51,958 nt of DNA from Rickettsiales bacterium (GTDB lineage Bacteria; Pseudomonadota; Alphaproteobacteria; Methylaequorales; Methylaequoraceae): positions 1 through 51,958 of the forward strand of contig NZFP01000038.1 in NCBI GenBank assembly GCA_002689325.1, written 5' to 3'. Positions 17,441 through 28,870 of the stretch are shown here, piece after piece. Within the stretch, counting starts at the first letter, position 1. Each line of letters starts with the position of its first letter. The translations under genes and the position numbers were made by a program. A model generated the notes under the pieces. The model saw only the letters and a list, made by a program, of their open reading frames with translations. It was not told the DNA's origin and did no database searches.

Positions 17441-19168
17441 TTAGTTAGATATTATATCAAAAAAATTACCGTCAGTTTTTACATTTTTAAAAGTTACATA
17501 ATACCACGTTGAAATAAAAATCATATGCCAAACACATCTAATAGCTTTTTTATTATGAGTAATAGATTTACATAAATCTTTGATTTCATTAGGATCAAAA
17601 AATATCCTGAGAATTTCAATTTTAGGTAAAAACTCTGAAAAAAATTTCCAATGTTTGGGAAGCCACTTTTCAATGGGAACAGTAAATCCCTCTTTCTTTG
17701 TGAAAGCATCATAATATTTAACTCTAGATCTTATAAAATTTCTTATCAAAAACTTTCCGAAACCATTATTGATTTTATACTTATCTTTTATAAAAAAAAA
17801 ATTTTCAAACAATTTTTTATCAATCAAAGGAGTTCTTCCTTCCATACCGTAACTCATTAGACATCTGTCTAACTTTACCAACAAATTATTAGGCAACCAA
17901 TTATAGTAATCAAAAAATTGATGTTTTTGAACTCTAGTTAAATCTAAATTTTCAATAAAAGTTTCGTTAGTTTCAAATTTCCAATAATTATCAGTAAATT
18001 TTCCTAACTTTCTAAAAGCACCTTTAAAGAATTTTTTTTTAAAAAAATTATAATGCCTATATCTTCCATATCCTCCAAATAATTCATCTCCCCCCTCTCC
18101 TGTTATTGCAACTTTAAATTTTTTTGAGGCTACGGCAGCTAATTTAAATGTTGGTAGAATCGCATAATCTGCTATTGGGTCATCTATTTTTTTTGCAGCA
18201 AAGGGAATAGTATTCCAGAAATCATCCTCAGTAAAACTTACTTCGTTGAACTTAATTTTATAATCATGGGATATTTTTTTTAACAAGGTATTATTTGAAT
18301 TATTTTTTTTATCATCTATGTTAACTTTAAAGGCTTCAATTTTACTTCCCAAATTAAGTTTACTCATGAAGTACATAATTAACATTGAATCAATGCCTCC
18401 AGAAAAGAACAAACAATAAGGTACGTCACTTCTTAAATGAACTGACACACTTTCTTCTAATTTTTTTTCAATAAATTTATTATCTATGTTAGGTGATCTT
18501 TTCTTTAATAAATTTAGTTTTTGCAGTTTACTATTTATGATTTTACCGTTCTTAATGGTTAAAAATTCTCCAGGTCTTAATCTAAAAATACCCTTAAAAA
18601 TAGTTTTTTTTCCAGTAGTATATTGTAATTCAAAGTATTCAATTAGTTTTTCTTCAGAAATACTTTTTTTAATGATCTTAGTGTTTATTAATGGTGTTAT
18701 TTCCGAACTAAATATAATTCCATCATTAATTAAGGAAAAATATAATGGCTTAATTCCAAAAATATCTCTGCCCAAAATTGTGCAGTCTTTTTTTTTGTCG
18801 TAAATTGCAAAAGCATACATACCCCTCAACTTTTCTAACCCAACCACCCCCTCTTGATGATATAATGTCATAATCGATTCTGAATCTGATTCTGTCTTAA
18901 AGTTATATGTTTTGTAAGTTGCCCTTATCTCTGGGTCATTATAAATTTCACCATTTGCAACTAGAATTAAATCATTATTTATTATTGGTTGTTTTCCTCC
19001 TTTTAAATCAATTATTGATAACCGAGTGTGAATAAACAAGTTTTTAGAATTTTTATAAAAGGAAGATGAATCAGGTCCTCTATGTAATAGTTGATTAGAA
19101 ATTTTCTGAAATTTTTCAATTAATTTCTTATTAGAATTATTCAATAAAATTCCAGCAATTCCACACAT
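17441..19168 (-). CDS. asnB: Asparagine synthase-like glutamine amidotransferase
   Basis: N-terminal MCGI, RLSIIDL, NGEIYN, SGGIDS and GEGGDELFGGY. Confidence 0.92.
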   Translation of the reverse strand: MCGIAGILLNNSNKKLIEKFQKISNQLLHRGPDSSSFYKNSKNLFIHTRLSIIDLKGGKQPIINNDLILVANGEIYNDPEIRATYKTYNFKTESDSESIMTLYHQEGVVGLEKLRGMYAFAIYDKKKDCTILGRDIFGIKPLYFSLINDGIIFSSEITPLINTKIIKKSISEEKLIEYFELQYTTGKKTIFKGIFRLRPGEFLTIKNGKIINSKLQKLNLLKKRSPNIDNKFIEKKLEESVSVHLRSDVPYCLFFSGGIDSMLIMYFMSKLNLGSKIEAFKVNIDDKKNNSNNTLLKKISHDYKIKFNEVSFTEDDFWNTIPFAAKKIDDPIADYAILPTFKLAAVASKKFKVAITGEGGDELFGGYGRYRHYNFFKKKFFKGAFRKLGKFTDNYWKFETNETFIENLDLTRVQKHQFFDYYNWLPNNLLVKLDRCLMSYGMEGRTPLIDKKLFENFFFIKDKYKINNGFGKFLIRNFIRSRVKYYDAFTKKEGFTVPIEKWLPKHWKFFSEFLPKIEILRIFFDPNEIKDLCKSITHNKKAIRCVWHMIFISTWYYVTFKNVKTDGNFFDIISN

Positions 19169-20205
19169 TAATCTATGATTTTGTTAAAAAAGTTAAGGTA
19201 TTTTTTTATAATAAGTTCTTCGGAATAATTTTTTTTGAAATCTTTATAACCGTTAGTAACTATTTTCTTTTTTAAGGTTGGATTTGAATCTAATAATTTT
19301 ATTTGATTAACTAGACCAAATATATCCTCCTTTCCAAACTTAAGTCCATTAATTTTATTTTTTACCATTATTTTAGGGCCACCAGTATCAGCAACAATTA
19401 CTGGAACCTTGTGAGCCCAGGCCTCAACTATTACATTTCCAAAAGGTTCATGTCTAGAAGGGCAGATTAACAATGATGAAACATTTAAAAACTTAGAAAT
19501 ATTATCTGTCCATTCAAAAAAGCTAACTTTCTCTTCAAGTTTGTAATCTGAGATTATTTCATCATACAAATTTTTTTCATCTCCTGAACCCACTATCCAT
19601 AATTCAAAACCATTTATATATATCATCGCTTTTAATAAAATATCTATACCTTTATTTTGATGGAATCTTCCAAGACATAAAATTATTTTTTTATCAGTTT
19701 CTTTTTCTAACTTTTCTCTATTATTATCATCCACAAAATTTGGGATAAATTCAACTTTATTAGAATCCCAACCATGACCAACGATGTAATTTTTTAAATC
19801 TAATGTATTTGTAATTAAATAGTCACAGTTAACATAATTTTTAATCTTATAATATCCACCAAGTCTTCCAACATTTATAGAATTATACTTTCCACTTTGT
19901 GGTAAAAGTCTTGATGCCCTATTCATCCAAGTTAGAACAATATCTGGTTTAAATTTCTCAAAAATTAAAGCTATTTGTCTGTGACAAAAAGGATTAAAGA
20001 AATAGAAAAACTTAATTTGGTGAATTTTTTTTATTTTGTCTTTAAGTCTTTCAAATCTTTTTTTACTTTTTCTAATTATTATTTCTTGATCAACATTATT
20101 ATTTTTTGCCAAAGACAAGGAGATCCTCTCAAAAAATTTTTCTGCCCCTCCCTCTTTTGCTCCTCCAAGAATATTTAAAATTCTTAATCTATTATTTTTT
20201 GCCAT
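19168..20205 (-). CDS. Glycosyltransferase family 4
   Basis: GGAEKFF and PSRHEPFGNVIVEAW (EX7E). Start ATG 20205 preferred. Confidence 0.9.
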   Translation of the reverse strand: MAKNNRLRILNILGGAKEGGAEKFFERISLSLAKNNNVDQEIIIRKSKKRFERLKDKIKKIHQIKFFYFFNPFCHRQIALIFEKFKPDIVLTWMNRASRLLPQSGKYNSINVGRLGGYYKIKNYVNCDYLITNTLDLKNYIVGHGWDSNKVEFIPNFVDDNNREKLEKETDKKIILCLGRFHQNKGIDILLKAMIYINGFELWIVGSGDEKNLYDEIISDYKLEEKVSFFEWTDNISKFLNVSSLLICPSRHEPFGNVIVEAWAHKVPVIVADTGGPKIMVKNKINGLKFGKEDIFGLVNQIKLLDSNPTLKKKIVTNGYKDFKKNYSEELIIKKYLNFFNKIID

Positions 20206-21215
20206 CTTTTTGCAACTTCCGTCCAATTTTCATGATTATTATTTTTAATAAGGTTTTTATGCATTCTCATCCAAGTCTTATCATCTTTCAAGAGTTTTAT
20301 AGTTTTTAATGAAAAATCTTCATCATTTTCGCAAACATAACCAGTATGATTATTTTTAACGCGTTCTTTTAACGAACCAAAGTTGCAAACTACAGCTGGA
20401 ACACCTAATACCTGGGCCTCTGCAACAGCCATACAAAAAGTTTCATCATTTGTTCCTCTATAAAGCAAAACTCTAGATTTGGAAATTTGTTTTTTTAATT
20501 CATTTCTACTTACTGGGGGACTCAAGTTAATGCCCTTTTTTTTTGCACTCTTAACACGAGATAAAATTTTATTTATAGACTTCTCATGCTTTAATCCAAA
20601 CTTTCCATATGTCTCTAATCCAGTAAATAAGTTTAATTTAGCGCCAGTGACGTAGGAAAAAATATTTTTTTCCCACTGCTCTAATAACCAATCTAGTCCG
20701 CGCATAGGGTTTGAGGTGAAAATTGAGATTGGTTTCGGAGCTATATTTTTTTTTGAAAACAATTCATTTTTTACTCCATAAGGAATAACAATTTTTTCTG
20801 AAGCGGGAGCCCACTTAGGATAGGTTGAATAATGATAATTACTCGAGAAAACAATTTTAAATTTATTTAAAAATAATTTTGATAAGTACCTATACTTTAG
20901 AAGATATTTAGCCGGATTATGTATCCAAAAAATTCTTTTTTTACATCCTTTTTTAAAGTCAAGGAATTTATCACCTCTATTAACTATAAGAACATCAAAT
21001 TTTTCTTCAAATATCCTTGAATCAAGTTTTTTCCATTCAACACCATTTATTTTACCTTCGTTTAGACAATTATTATATATACATACTTCATAATTTAATT
21101 TTGCTAGGGCTTCAACTAATGATACAAACGCAACTTCAGCACCACCAAAAGGTTTTTTTTTTAGTAATATAGAATCAAATTCTATTCCATTATCAACAAA
21201 TAAAAGTTTGGTCAT
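20184..21215 (-). CDS. Glycosyltransferase family 4
   Basis: GGAE, S.P.RGL and ETFCMAVAEAQ.LGVP. Confidence 0.88.
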   Translation of the reverse strand: MTKLLFVDNGIEFDSILLKKKPFGGAEVAFVSLVEALAKLNYEVCIYNNCLNEGKINGVEWKKLDSRIFEEKFDVLIVNRGDKFLDFKKGCKKRIFWIHNPAKYLLKYRYLSKLFLNKFKIVFSSNYHYSTYPKWAPASEKIVIPYGVKNELFSKKNIAPKPISIFTSNPMRGLDWLLEQWEKNIFSYVTGAKLNLFTGLETYGKFGLKHEKSINKILSRVKSAKKKGINLSPPVSRNELKKQISKSRVLLYRGTNDETFCMAVAEAQVLGVPAVVCNFGSLKERVKNNHTGYVCENDEDFSLKTIKLLKDDKTWMRMHKNLIKNNNHENWTEVAKRWQKIID

Positions 21216-21967
21216 TTCTTTTGTTCAAATTTATATTTTAAGTAAGATATTAGAGGAAACAAACAAGCAACCAAAGCTATGATTATTCCAACCCTCTTTT
21301 CTTTATAGCCTTTTCTTAAGAAAAAAACTTTCCAAAATCTAGAAAAAATTCTCCTCAGATTAATTAGTAAGTTTTCTTTATCTGGTTTTTCTTTGAGATC
21401 TTTTGCTCTCGCTGTTGAATAACTATCAAGCTTATTTATGAGATCTGAGATTGATTTACAATAATAATGTTCAATTGAATTCTTGAGTGTTTCTCCTTGT
21501 TTTCCTTTAAGAAAAACCTTTGGATGAACTCTTTGCTTTCCCCAAGTCTTGGTATCTTTTTTAAAAAGGCCTGCATATGAGGATTTACCTATATATGCTC
21601 CCCATCCATTTTTTATAATTTTTTTTCCTAAATAATTATTTACATTAATTAGATGCCAACAATTTGTACTTGTTTTTGTAACTTCTAAAATTTCTTTTGC
21701 CAATTTTTTTGGAATTCTTTCATCTGAATCAATTTCTAAAATCCACTCGCAATTACATTTATTAATACCAAAGTTTCTTCTGTCTCCTTCAATTTCCCAA
21801 GAACCAGAAAATATTTTTTTTGTAAACTTTTTTGCTATTTGTTTAGATTTGTCAGTACATTTATCTAAAATTACAACTAATTCATCACCAAATGATATGG
21901 TTTTAAGACAACTCTCTAATTGTTTTTCTTCATTATGAACTACTATTAAAATTGATAAATTAGTCAT
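21212..21967 (-). CDS. Glycosyltransferase family 2 (LPS core WaaE-like)
   Basis: HNEE, D..TD, RRNFG, WIL.IDSDER and VH motifs. Confidence 0.88.
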   Translation of the reverse strand: MTNLSILIVVHNEEKQLESCLKTISFGDELVVILDKCTDKSKQIAKKFTKKIFSGSWEIEGDRRNFGINKCNCEWILEIDSDERIPKKLAKEILEVTKTSTNCWHLINVNNYLGKKIIKNGWGAYIGKSSYAGLFKKDTKTWGKQRVHPKVFLKGKQGETLKNSIEHYYCKSISDLINKLDSYSTARAKDLKEKPDKENLLINLRRIFSRFWKVFFLRKGYKEKRVGIIIALVACLFPLISYLKYKFEQKK

Positions 21968-22922
21968 AACAAGTTTTGTAAAATTTTATTAATTCTTTAA
22001 AAACATAATTCACTGTCAAATCCTTCATTAGTGAATTAACTTTTTTGGGGTTAAATTCCTTATGTCCCATCAATTGATTTGGAGATTTAGGACTTTTTAT
22101 AGCTAGAGTTTTTTTGCCCCAGGGATGATATCTTTTTGAATCACTAGGTCCAAATAAACCAACTGTTGGAGTGTCTGCCAATGCAGAAAGGTGCATGAGT
22201 CCTGAATCATTACCAATAAATAGTTTTGATTTTTTCATTATTAAAAATATCTCTACTAGATCAGTTTTTCCTACTAAATCAAAAATTGGTACATCTTTTA
22301 GTTTCAATAGACTTTCAATAGATTTTTTTTCATTTTTAGGTCCCACAATTATAAAACACGAATTTTTAAAATTTGTATTTTTAAATAATTTTTTTAACAG
22401 TGAACAAAAATTTTGAATTGGCCAGGTTTTACCAATCCAGTTGGCGCTTGGAGCCACTATAACTAATTTTTTATTTGAAGCAATTCTTTGGGTTAACTTC
22501 AAGAAGCTGTTATTTTTAACATTATTTTCATTCAAAAATATATTGGGTGAAAGATCTCTACCAGGAAATAAACTTGAAATTTCCTTTACTTTGTGAAGGT
22601 TTGACCTAACACTGTAAACTTTTCTTGTTTCTGCAAATAAAAAAAAACTTATCAAAGTTCCCCTTAGATCAACTATACAATCCCAATAATTAAAAAATAT
22701 TTGCTTCCAAAGGTAAAACCAATGTAAAGAAAATTTTCTTTTTTTTAGAATTATAAGTTTATCAATATTTTTACAAAATTTAAAAAAATCGCCAGGAATA
22801 GGTCCACAAACAAAATAAACTTTTGCATTATTAAATTTATTTTTTAAAAAACTGTTTAAACCTGATGATAGTATACAGTCGCCTAGCCTGTTTGATGAAA
22901 TTACTAAGACTTTTTTTGTCAT
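21960..22922 (-). CDS. Glycosyltransferase family 9 (heptosyltransferase-like)
   Basis: RLGDCILS, K.WP, GNDSGLMHL and PTVGLFGP. Confidence 0.9.
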   Translation of the reverse strand: MTKKVLVISSNRLGDCILSSGLNSFLKNKFNNAKVYFVCGPIPGDFFKFCKNIDKLIILKKRKFSLHWFYLWKQIFFNYWDCIVDLRGTLISFFLFAETRKVYSVRSNLHKVKEISSLFPGRDLSPNIFLNENNVKNNSFLKLTQRIASNKKLVIVAPSANWIGKTWPIQNFCSLLKKLFKNTNFKNSCFIIVGPKNEKKSIESLLKLKDVPIFDLVGKTDLVEIFLIMKKSKLFIGNDSGLMHLSALADTPTVGLFGPSDSKRYHPWGKKTLAIKSPKSPNQLMGHKEFNPKKVNSLMKDLTVNYVFKELIKFYKTCYD

Positions 22923-22965
22923 TATGAACTTGTTAAAAAATTTAAAAATTTATAAATTAAATAAC

Positions 22966-23823
22966 ATGTTTGACGACAAAGAATACTACCTTTTAAAAAA
23001 AAGAGGAATAATTTTAATTGAAGGTAAAGACAGATTTAAATTAATTCAAGGAATAATTTCCAATGATATAGAATTGTTAAGAAGAAAACCATCAATTTAT
23101 TCATCTCTTCTGACCCCTCAAGGAAGGTTTCAGCATGATTTTTTCATTTCTAACTTCAATGAAAAATTTTATTTAGAATGTAACATTAGTGAAAAAGAAG
23201 AAGTTGCAAAAAAACTTATGATGTACAAACTTAGATTAGATATTCAAATTACAATTATTTCTAATTTAAATATTATACTTACAAAAAAAAAATTGAATTT
23301 TTCAGAAATTTGCTCTTCTGAAATTATCAGTTTTTATGATCCCAGGTTTGATAATAGTTTTTTTTCGAGAACATATGCAGATTCAAATTTTCTTACTGAA
23401 ATTAAGAAAAAATTCGTTGAGATAAATGACATTAAATATGAATCTCTAAGACTAAATAATTGTATTCCTGATTTTTCAATAGATGCAATAAAAAAAAAAT
23501 CTCTTTTACTTGAAATGAGGTTTGATGACCTAAATGGTATTTCTTGGACAAAGGGATGTTTCATGGGACAAGAAATTACAGCAAGAATGAAGCACAGAGG
23601 AACTGTAAAAAAACTAATTTTTAAAGTTTTAATTGACTTTAAAAATAACCTGAAAAATGACATTACTTTAGAGGAAAAAATTGTTGGTCAACTAAAAAGC
23701 CACAATAAAAAAGATGGTATTGCTTTTTTTGATATTAATGCGTTAAGTAATCTTAATAAAAAAAAATTTTTTTCAGGTGACTCCAAACTCACAATTCAAA
23801 AACCATGGTGGGTTAAATATTAA
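22966..23823 (+). CDS. ygfZ: YgfZ/GcvT-family folate-binding protein
   Basis: LLTPQGR, DPR and KGCFMGQEITAR. ATG 22966 preferred because 22924 is back-to-back with the divergent start. Confidence 0.88.
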   Translation: MFDDKEYYLLKKRGIILIEGKDRFKLIQGIISNDIELLRRKPSIYSSLLTPQGRFQHDFFISNFNEKFYLECNISEKEEVAKKLMMYKLRLDIQITIISNLNIILTKKKLNFSEICSSEIISFYDPRFDNSFFSRTYADSNFLTEIKKKFVEINDIKYESLRLNNCIPDFSIDAIKKKSLLLEMRFDDLNGISWTKGCFMGQEITARMKHRGTVKKLIFKVLIDFKNNLKNDITLEEKIVGQLKSHNKKDGIAFFDINALSNLNKKKFFSGDSKLTIQKPWWVKY

Positions 23824-24716
23824 TTTTTTAAAACTTTAGAGATTCTAGCTAATTCTGAGAAAGGATTTTTCTTATAATTAATCTTTTCAAACCCTTTTTT
23901 TAAGCCTACCAATCCAAATTCTCGAATAATAGAATTTTTCATCCATTCAATATCTTGCGAGTATCTATTTTTATTAAGTCTATCTTCTCTAATTAACCAT
24001 TTCCATCTACTTTCAATATCTTTTTCAAGAAAATTAAGACCAATATTTTTATGCGAGGAAGTCAAAATTATTTTAATATCCCATTCATTTTTATTTTTAA
24101 AATAAGTACTGCTACCTGATAAGTCAGAAAAAGTTTGATTTGATAGTTTTTCCATGTCACATTTTGTAACTACAACTAGATCTGGAATTTCAAAAATACC
24201 TGACTTCATAAATTGAATAGTATCACCGCTTCCAGGTTGAACACATAAAATAACTGTATCCACAATGTCTTTAATGCTTGTTTCTGATTGACCAACTCCA
24301 ACAGTTTCAACAATTAAAAAGTCGAATTTAGATCTCATTACTGTCATTGTAGGATACGTCAACTCCGAAACTCCACCTAAATAATCTTTGGCAGCCATTG
24401 ATCTCACATAAACTCCACCATCATTTGGATCTAGTTGAAATCTCGTCCTGTCTCCTAACAATGCACCACCAGATTTTGAAGACGATGGATCTATGGCTAT
24501 TACCCCCACAGTCTTTTTTTTTTTTCTTATAATAGCTATTAATTTATCTATTAGGGAGGATTTCCCAGCCCCAGGGGGACCTGTGATTCCTAAAACATGA
24601 GATTTTGGTTTAGAATGAAGGTTATCTAGCAACTTTATATTCTCAGGTGAATGACCGTCAACCTCAATTTTTTCAAGAATATTAGAAAGTTCAATTTTTT
24701 TTTTTAAATTAATCAT
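23820..24716 (-). CDS. meaB: MeaB/ArgK-family GTPase
   Basis: GITGPPGAGKSS, DPSS...GGALLGDRTR, ETVGVGQSE and GD.IQ.MKSG..E. Confidence 0.88.
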   Translation of the reverse strand: MINLKKKIELSNILEKIEVDGHSPENIKLLDNLHSKPKSHVLGITGPPGAGKSSLIDKLIAIIRKKKKTVGVIAIDPSSSKSGGALLGDRTRFQLDPNDGGVYVRSMAAKDYLGGVSELTYPTMTVMRSKFDFLIVETVGVGQSETSIKDIVDTVILCVQPGSGDTIQFMKSGIFEIPDLVVVTKCDMEKLSNQTFSDLSGSSTYFKNKNEWDIKIILTSSHKNIGLNFLEKDIESRWKWLIREDRLNKNRYSQDIEWMKNSIIREFGLVGLKKGFEKINYKKNPFSELARISKVLKN

Positions 24717-26736
24717 CAATTTTCAATATAGAGAAATCAAAAAAATAGCTTAAAACACTTTTACACTCAGATAAAAGTAACTTTCTATTAATTCTCACTG
24801 CTTTTTCCTCAGCATTAACCATTATGTTATCTAGAAAGTTATTGATTGCATGGGATATTTCTTCATGACAAACTTCATCAATTCTTAAATAATTATTTTC
24901 TTTATTTTTTTTAAAATTTTGAATGCTTTCAAATAACTCAATTTCCTCCCTTTTTTTTAAAAGGGAATGATCAGGCCCATAATTATTTTCCGTATTATCA
25001 ACAATTGAATTAAGTCTTTTAAATGCTTTCATAAAATTTATACCCTTTTTGGTATTTAAAAATTTAGTTAAATTTTTGATTTTACTTAAAATAATATAAG
25101 GGTTAAAGCTTTTTGAATTTAAACAAGATTTTATGACTTCAGCTTTATACCCCTCATCAATAAAAAAAACTTCAATCCTTTTATTCAAAAAACTTATAAT
25201 TAGTTGGAGATCATTAACACTATGAATTTTCTGTTCAATGTTTAATTTTTGACAACAATTAAAAATTTGGAAAAGATCAAGGTCCAATTTATTTTCAGTC
25301 AAAATTTTAATTAGTGAAATTGAAATTCTTCTAATTCCAAAAGGATCTCCTGATCCAGAAATTTTTTTTTTGGACGAAAAGAAGCTAAAAATGCTGTCTG
25401 TTTTTTGAGCTAAAGATAAAACAATAGATAAATCAACTTCTTTTCTAAATAGTGAAATTTTATATTGATCAGAAAAAGCCTCCTGAATATCCTTTGGAAA
25501 TCCAAATTTTTTTGCATAAAACCCGCCAGCTAGGCCTTGCAATGAAGGATATTCCTTTACAACTTCTGAGGTTAAATCAATATTGGAGTAAATTAAATAC
25601 TTACTGAATTTTTCGATTTTATAATCTAGTTTTTCAGCAATAATCTCAGATAATTTTTTAATTCTCAATGATCTTTCGTAAAGATTACCAAGGTTTTCAT
25701 AGTAAATTATTGAAGAAAGACTTTTAAGTCTTTGGTTAGCATCAATTTTAAGATCTTCTTTTATAAAAAATTCAGCATCTGAAAATCTTGCTTTTAAAAC
25801 ATTTAAATTACCTTCAACTAGGTTTTTCTTTTTAGATTTTTCTTTATTAGATATGAAAGCAAAGAAATTACTTAGGTCTCCGTTATTTTTTTTGAAACAA
25901 AAGTTATCTTGTTTTTCAGTTATTATCGTTTCTAGAATAAATTCAGGTATCTTAAAATTTTTATTGTCAAAACTACCAAAAAACACATTAGCATGCTCAA
26001 CAGAGTTTGACACCCTTTCAACTAGTGTATCTTCAAAATTGAATTTAAGATTATTATTTCTACAAAATTCTTCTAAGTCATCTAAGATTTTTTCTTTCCT
26101 CTCTTTAGATTTCAATGTAACATATGATTTTTTTAATTGTTTTTTATAAACCTCAGGGTTAAGGCATTTGATCCTTTTTTTTGAGTAGTGATAGTTACCA
26201 TAAGTAAAAAAATCTGAATTAATACCAGCAAATTGGAAGGATAACTTTTTATTTTCAAATATCCCCAAAATACTCTTTATGGGTCTACTCCATTTTTGGT
26301 TATTATATCCCCATCTCATCGATTTGTTCCATTTTATTGAAGAAAGAATGAGGGGAATTTCTGAATTTAAAATATCTCTTAATTTTTGTTGTTTGATTTT
26401 TTTTTTGTAAAAGTAGTATTCTTTATCCTTTATCTTTTTTTTTATAAGTTTTTTTTCATCATTAATATCATTTGATTTCAAAAAACCCATTAATGCCCTA
26501 TTGTCTGCTTCTGTTGAAGGTCCCCTTATTTCAATGAAATTATCTTTTTCATTTTTTGATATTTTTTTTATGACAATTGCAACCCTCCTTGATGTTGAAA
26601 AGGTTTCAATCGAGGAATAATGAATCTTTTTTTTTGTAAATAATTCTAAAAAAAGTTGATAAAGTTGATTTTCACCAATAATTTGTGCTGAACTTGGTAG
26701 CTCTTCACCATAAATTTCTAACAATAAATCATTCAT
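24709..26736 (-). CDS. glyS: Glycine--tRNA ligase beta subunit
   Basis: LLLEI..EELP, SMRWG, ARF.DA.FF, EYP.LQG and GS.DPFG.RR. Confidence 0.95.
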   Translation of the reverse strand: MNDLLLEIYGEELPSSAQIIGENQLYQLFLELFTKKKIHYSSIETFSTSRRVAIVIKKISKNEKDNFIEIRGPSTEADNRALMGFLKSNDINDEKKLIKKKIKDKEYYFYKKKIKQQKLRDILNSEIPLILSSIKWNKSMRWGYNNQKWSRPIKSILGIFENKKLSFQFAGINSDFFTYGNYHYSKKRIKCLNPEVYKKQLKKSYVTLKSKERKEKILDDLEEFCRNNNLKFNFEDTLVERVSNSVEHANVFFGSFDNKNFKIPEFILETIITEKQDNFCFKKNNGDLSNFFAFISNKEKSKKKNLVEGNLNVLKARFSDAEFFIKEDLKIDANQRLKSLSSIIYYENLGNLYERSLRIKKLSEIIAEKLDYKIEKFSKYLIYSNIDLTSEVVKEYPSLQGLAGGFYAKKFGFPKDIQEAFSDQYKISLFRKEVDLSIVLSLAQKTDSIFSFFSSKKKISGSGDPFGIRRISISLIKILTENKLDLDLFQIFNCCQKLNIEQKIHSVNDLQLIISFLNKRIEVFFIDEGYKAEVIKSCLNSKSFNPYIILSKIKNLTKFLNTKKGINFMKAFKRLNSIVDNTENNYGPDHSLLKKREEIELFESIQNFKKNKENNYLRIDEVCHEEISHAINNFLDNIMVNAEEKAVRINRKLLLSECKSVLSYFFDFSILKIDD

Positions 26737-27577
26737 TATTTTCTAAAATTAAGTTACAACATTTTTGAACCTGAGACCTTATTTTCAAAATATATGCTTG
26801 TCTCTCTGTTACAGATATTAATCCTCTTGCATCTAGAAGATTAAAGACATGACTGGCTTTAATACAAAGTTCATATGCGGGCAATGGTAAATTATTTTTA
26901 ATTAAATCTTCACACCCTTTGTCAAAAGAAGAGAATGAATCAAATAAAAAATCTTTTTGAGCATGTATAAAGTTATAAGCAGACATTTGCTCTTCATTCT
27001 TTTTAAAAATATCACCATAAGTTATGCCTGAGTCGTCCCATTTGATATCAAATATGTTTTCAACTTTTTGGACGAACATTGCTAATCGTTCTAATCCATA
27101 GGTTAGTTCTAGAGAAACTGGTTTGCAATCTATTCCTCCAACCTGCTGAAAGTAGGTGAATTGACTTATTTCCATACCATTACATTGAATCTCCCAACCA
27201 AGACCAGCAGCACCTAGTGTCGGACTTTCCCAATCATCCTCAATGAACTTTATATCATTTAAATTATGATCTATGCCTACTTTTGATAAACTTTCCAAAT
27301 AAATTTCTTGAGAATCACACGGGTTTGGTTTAATGATCACTTGAAGTTGATAGTAATGTTGTAACCTATTTGGGTTCTTTCCGTACCTTCCATCAGAAGG
27401 TCGCCTACAAGGTTGTACAAAAACAGATTTCCATTCTTTATCTCCTAGACTTTTTAATGCAGTTTGTGGATGAAAAGTTGCTGCTCCCATTTCCATATCA
27501 AAGGATTGAGTTAGCAAACAACCTTTGCTTACCCAAAACTTTTGGAGATTAAAAATTATTTCTTGGAATGATAACAT
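26729..27577 (-). CDS. glyQ: Glycine--tRNA ligase alpha subunit
   Basis: [32 protein letters not shown] and TYGLER. Start ATG 27577. Confidence 0.97.
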   Translation of the reverse strand: MLSFQEIIFNLQKFWVSKGCLLTQSFDMEMGAATFHPQTALKSLGDKEWKSVFVQPCRRPSDGRYGKNPNRLQHYYQLQVIIKPNPCDSQEIYLESLSKVGIDHNLNDIKFIEDDWESPTLGAAGLGWEIQCNGMEISQFTYFQQVGGIDCKPVSLELTYGLERLAMFVQKVENIFDIKWDDSGITYGDIFKKNEEQMSAYNFIHAQKDFLFDSFSSFDKGCEDLIKNNLPLPAYELCIKASHVFNLLDARGLISVTERQAYILKIRSQVQKCCNLILENNE

Positions 27578-27680
27578 TTTAATTAATAATTTCTTTCTAC
27601 TATAATTTTTTAAAAACACTATATTAAAAAAATAATAACTTTTAAAATGAATGTGAAATTTATAATGAATCTAAAAGTAA

Positions 27681-28691
27681 ATGAAAATTATCAAACTAAA
27701 AAATTTTAAAGAAAATGATTTTTTTGAAGAATTTTCAAACTGGCTTCAAAAAGATTTAAATCAAGTTAACAAAATTATTCTTGAAATACTAGAAACTGAC
27801 TCATCCCTAATCACAGAACTATCAAACTATATTATTGGAGCTGGTGGAAAAAGAATAAGACCCTTATTAACATTAGCCAGTGCGAGATTATGCCAATATT
27901 CAGGTAATAGACATTTAAACTTAGCATCTGCAATTGAGTTTATTCATACTGCCACACTTTTGCATGATGATGTAGTAGATGGTAGTAAAAAAAGACGAGG
28001 GAAAAAAACTGCTAATTTCATTTGGGGAAATAAGCCTAGTATCTTGGTAGGTGACTTTTTACTAAGCAAGGCTTTTAAGATTTTAATTAATGACGGCTCA
28101 CTCAAATGTATCGATATAGTCTCGAATGTTTCTGAAAAAATTTCTTTTGGAGAAGTTAAGCAATTAATGTCTGTAGGAAACTTAAATATGAGTGAAACAG
28201 ACTATTTGGAAATTATTGGCTACAAAACTGCAGAACTTTTCTCCGCAGCCTGTCAATTAAGTGCTGAAATAAGTGAAATTGAAGAAACAAAGAAAAAATC
28301 TTTAAAGGATTTTGGATATTTTCTGGGTATTTCTTACCAAATTATTGATGATACCCTAGATTATTTTTCTGAAGAAAAAATTTCTGGAAAAGAAGTCGGT
28401 AATGACTTTAAAGAAAATAAGATGACTCTCCCTTTAATCTTAGTGTTTAAAAGAGGAAACAAAAAAGAAAAAAACTTTATTGAACATTTAATTCAAAACA
28501 AAAAATTGAACGATTCAGACCTCGACTGGATTACAGAAAAAATGAAAAAGTACGATGTTTTAAAGGATTGTCTCCAAAAAGCCAGACATTTTTCAATTAT
28601 GGCCAAAGATTCTTTAGGTACATTTATAGATAACAAGGAAAAACAAAAACTTATGAATTTGGCGAATTTTTTAATAAATAGAAAAAGCTAG
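27681..28691 (+). CDS. ispB: Long-chain polyprenyl diphosphate synthase
   Basis: GGKRIRP, LHDDVVD...RRG, KTA and QIIDD.LD. Confidence 0.92.
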   Translation: MKIIKLKNFKENDFFEEFSNWLQKDLNQVNKIILEILETDSSLITELSNYIIGAGGKRIRPLLTLASARLCQYSGNRHLNLASAIEFIHTATLLHDDVVDGSKKRRGKKTANFIWGNKPSILVGDFLLSKAFKILINDGSLKCIDIVSNVSEKISFGEVKQLMSVGNLNMSETDYLEIIGYKTAELFSAACQLSAEISEIEETKKKSLKDFGYFLGISYQIIDDTLDYFSEEKISGKEVGNDFKENKMTLPLILVFKRGNKKEKNFIEHLIQNKKLNDSDLDWITEKMKKYDVLKDCLQKARHFSIMAKDSLGTFIDNKEKQKLMNLANFLINRKS

Positions 28692-28693
28692 AT

Positions 28694-28840
28694 ATGGAAT
28701 ACTTTTTGCACAATTATTGTATGCAAAAACTAAAAATACGAGTTAAAGATCACTATATTGCAATTAAAATGATGGAATTTATTGCTAAAAACTACCTTAT
28801 TTTGTCGTTATTTTTGATTTTTCTGCTAATTTTCATTTAA
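28694..28840 (+). CDS. Putative 48-aa protein with a C-terminal membrane helix
   Basis: ATG 2 nt after the ispB stop; MEYFLHNYCMQKLKIRVKDHYIAIKMMEFIAKNYLILSLFLIFLLIFI. Confidence 0.5.
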   Translation: MEYFLHNYCMQKLKIRVKDHYIAIKMMEFIAKNYLILSLFLIFLLIFI

Positions 28841-28870
28841 TATTTTTTTATTTTCATTAATTTATTCATT

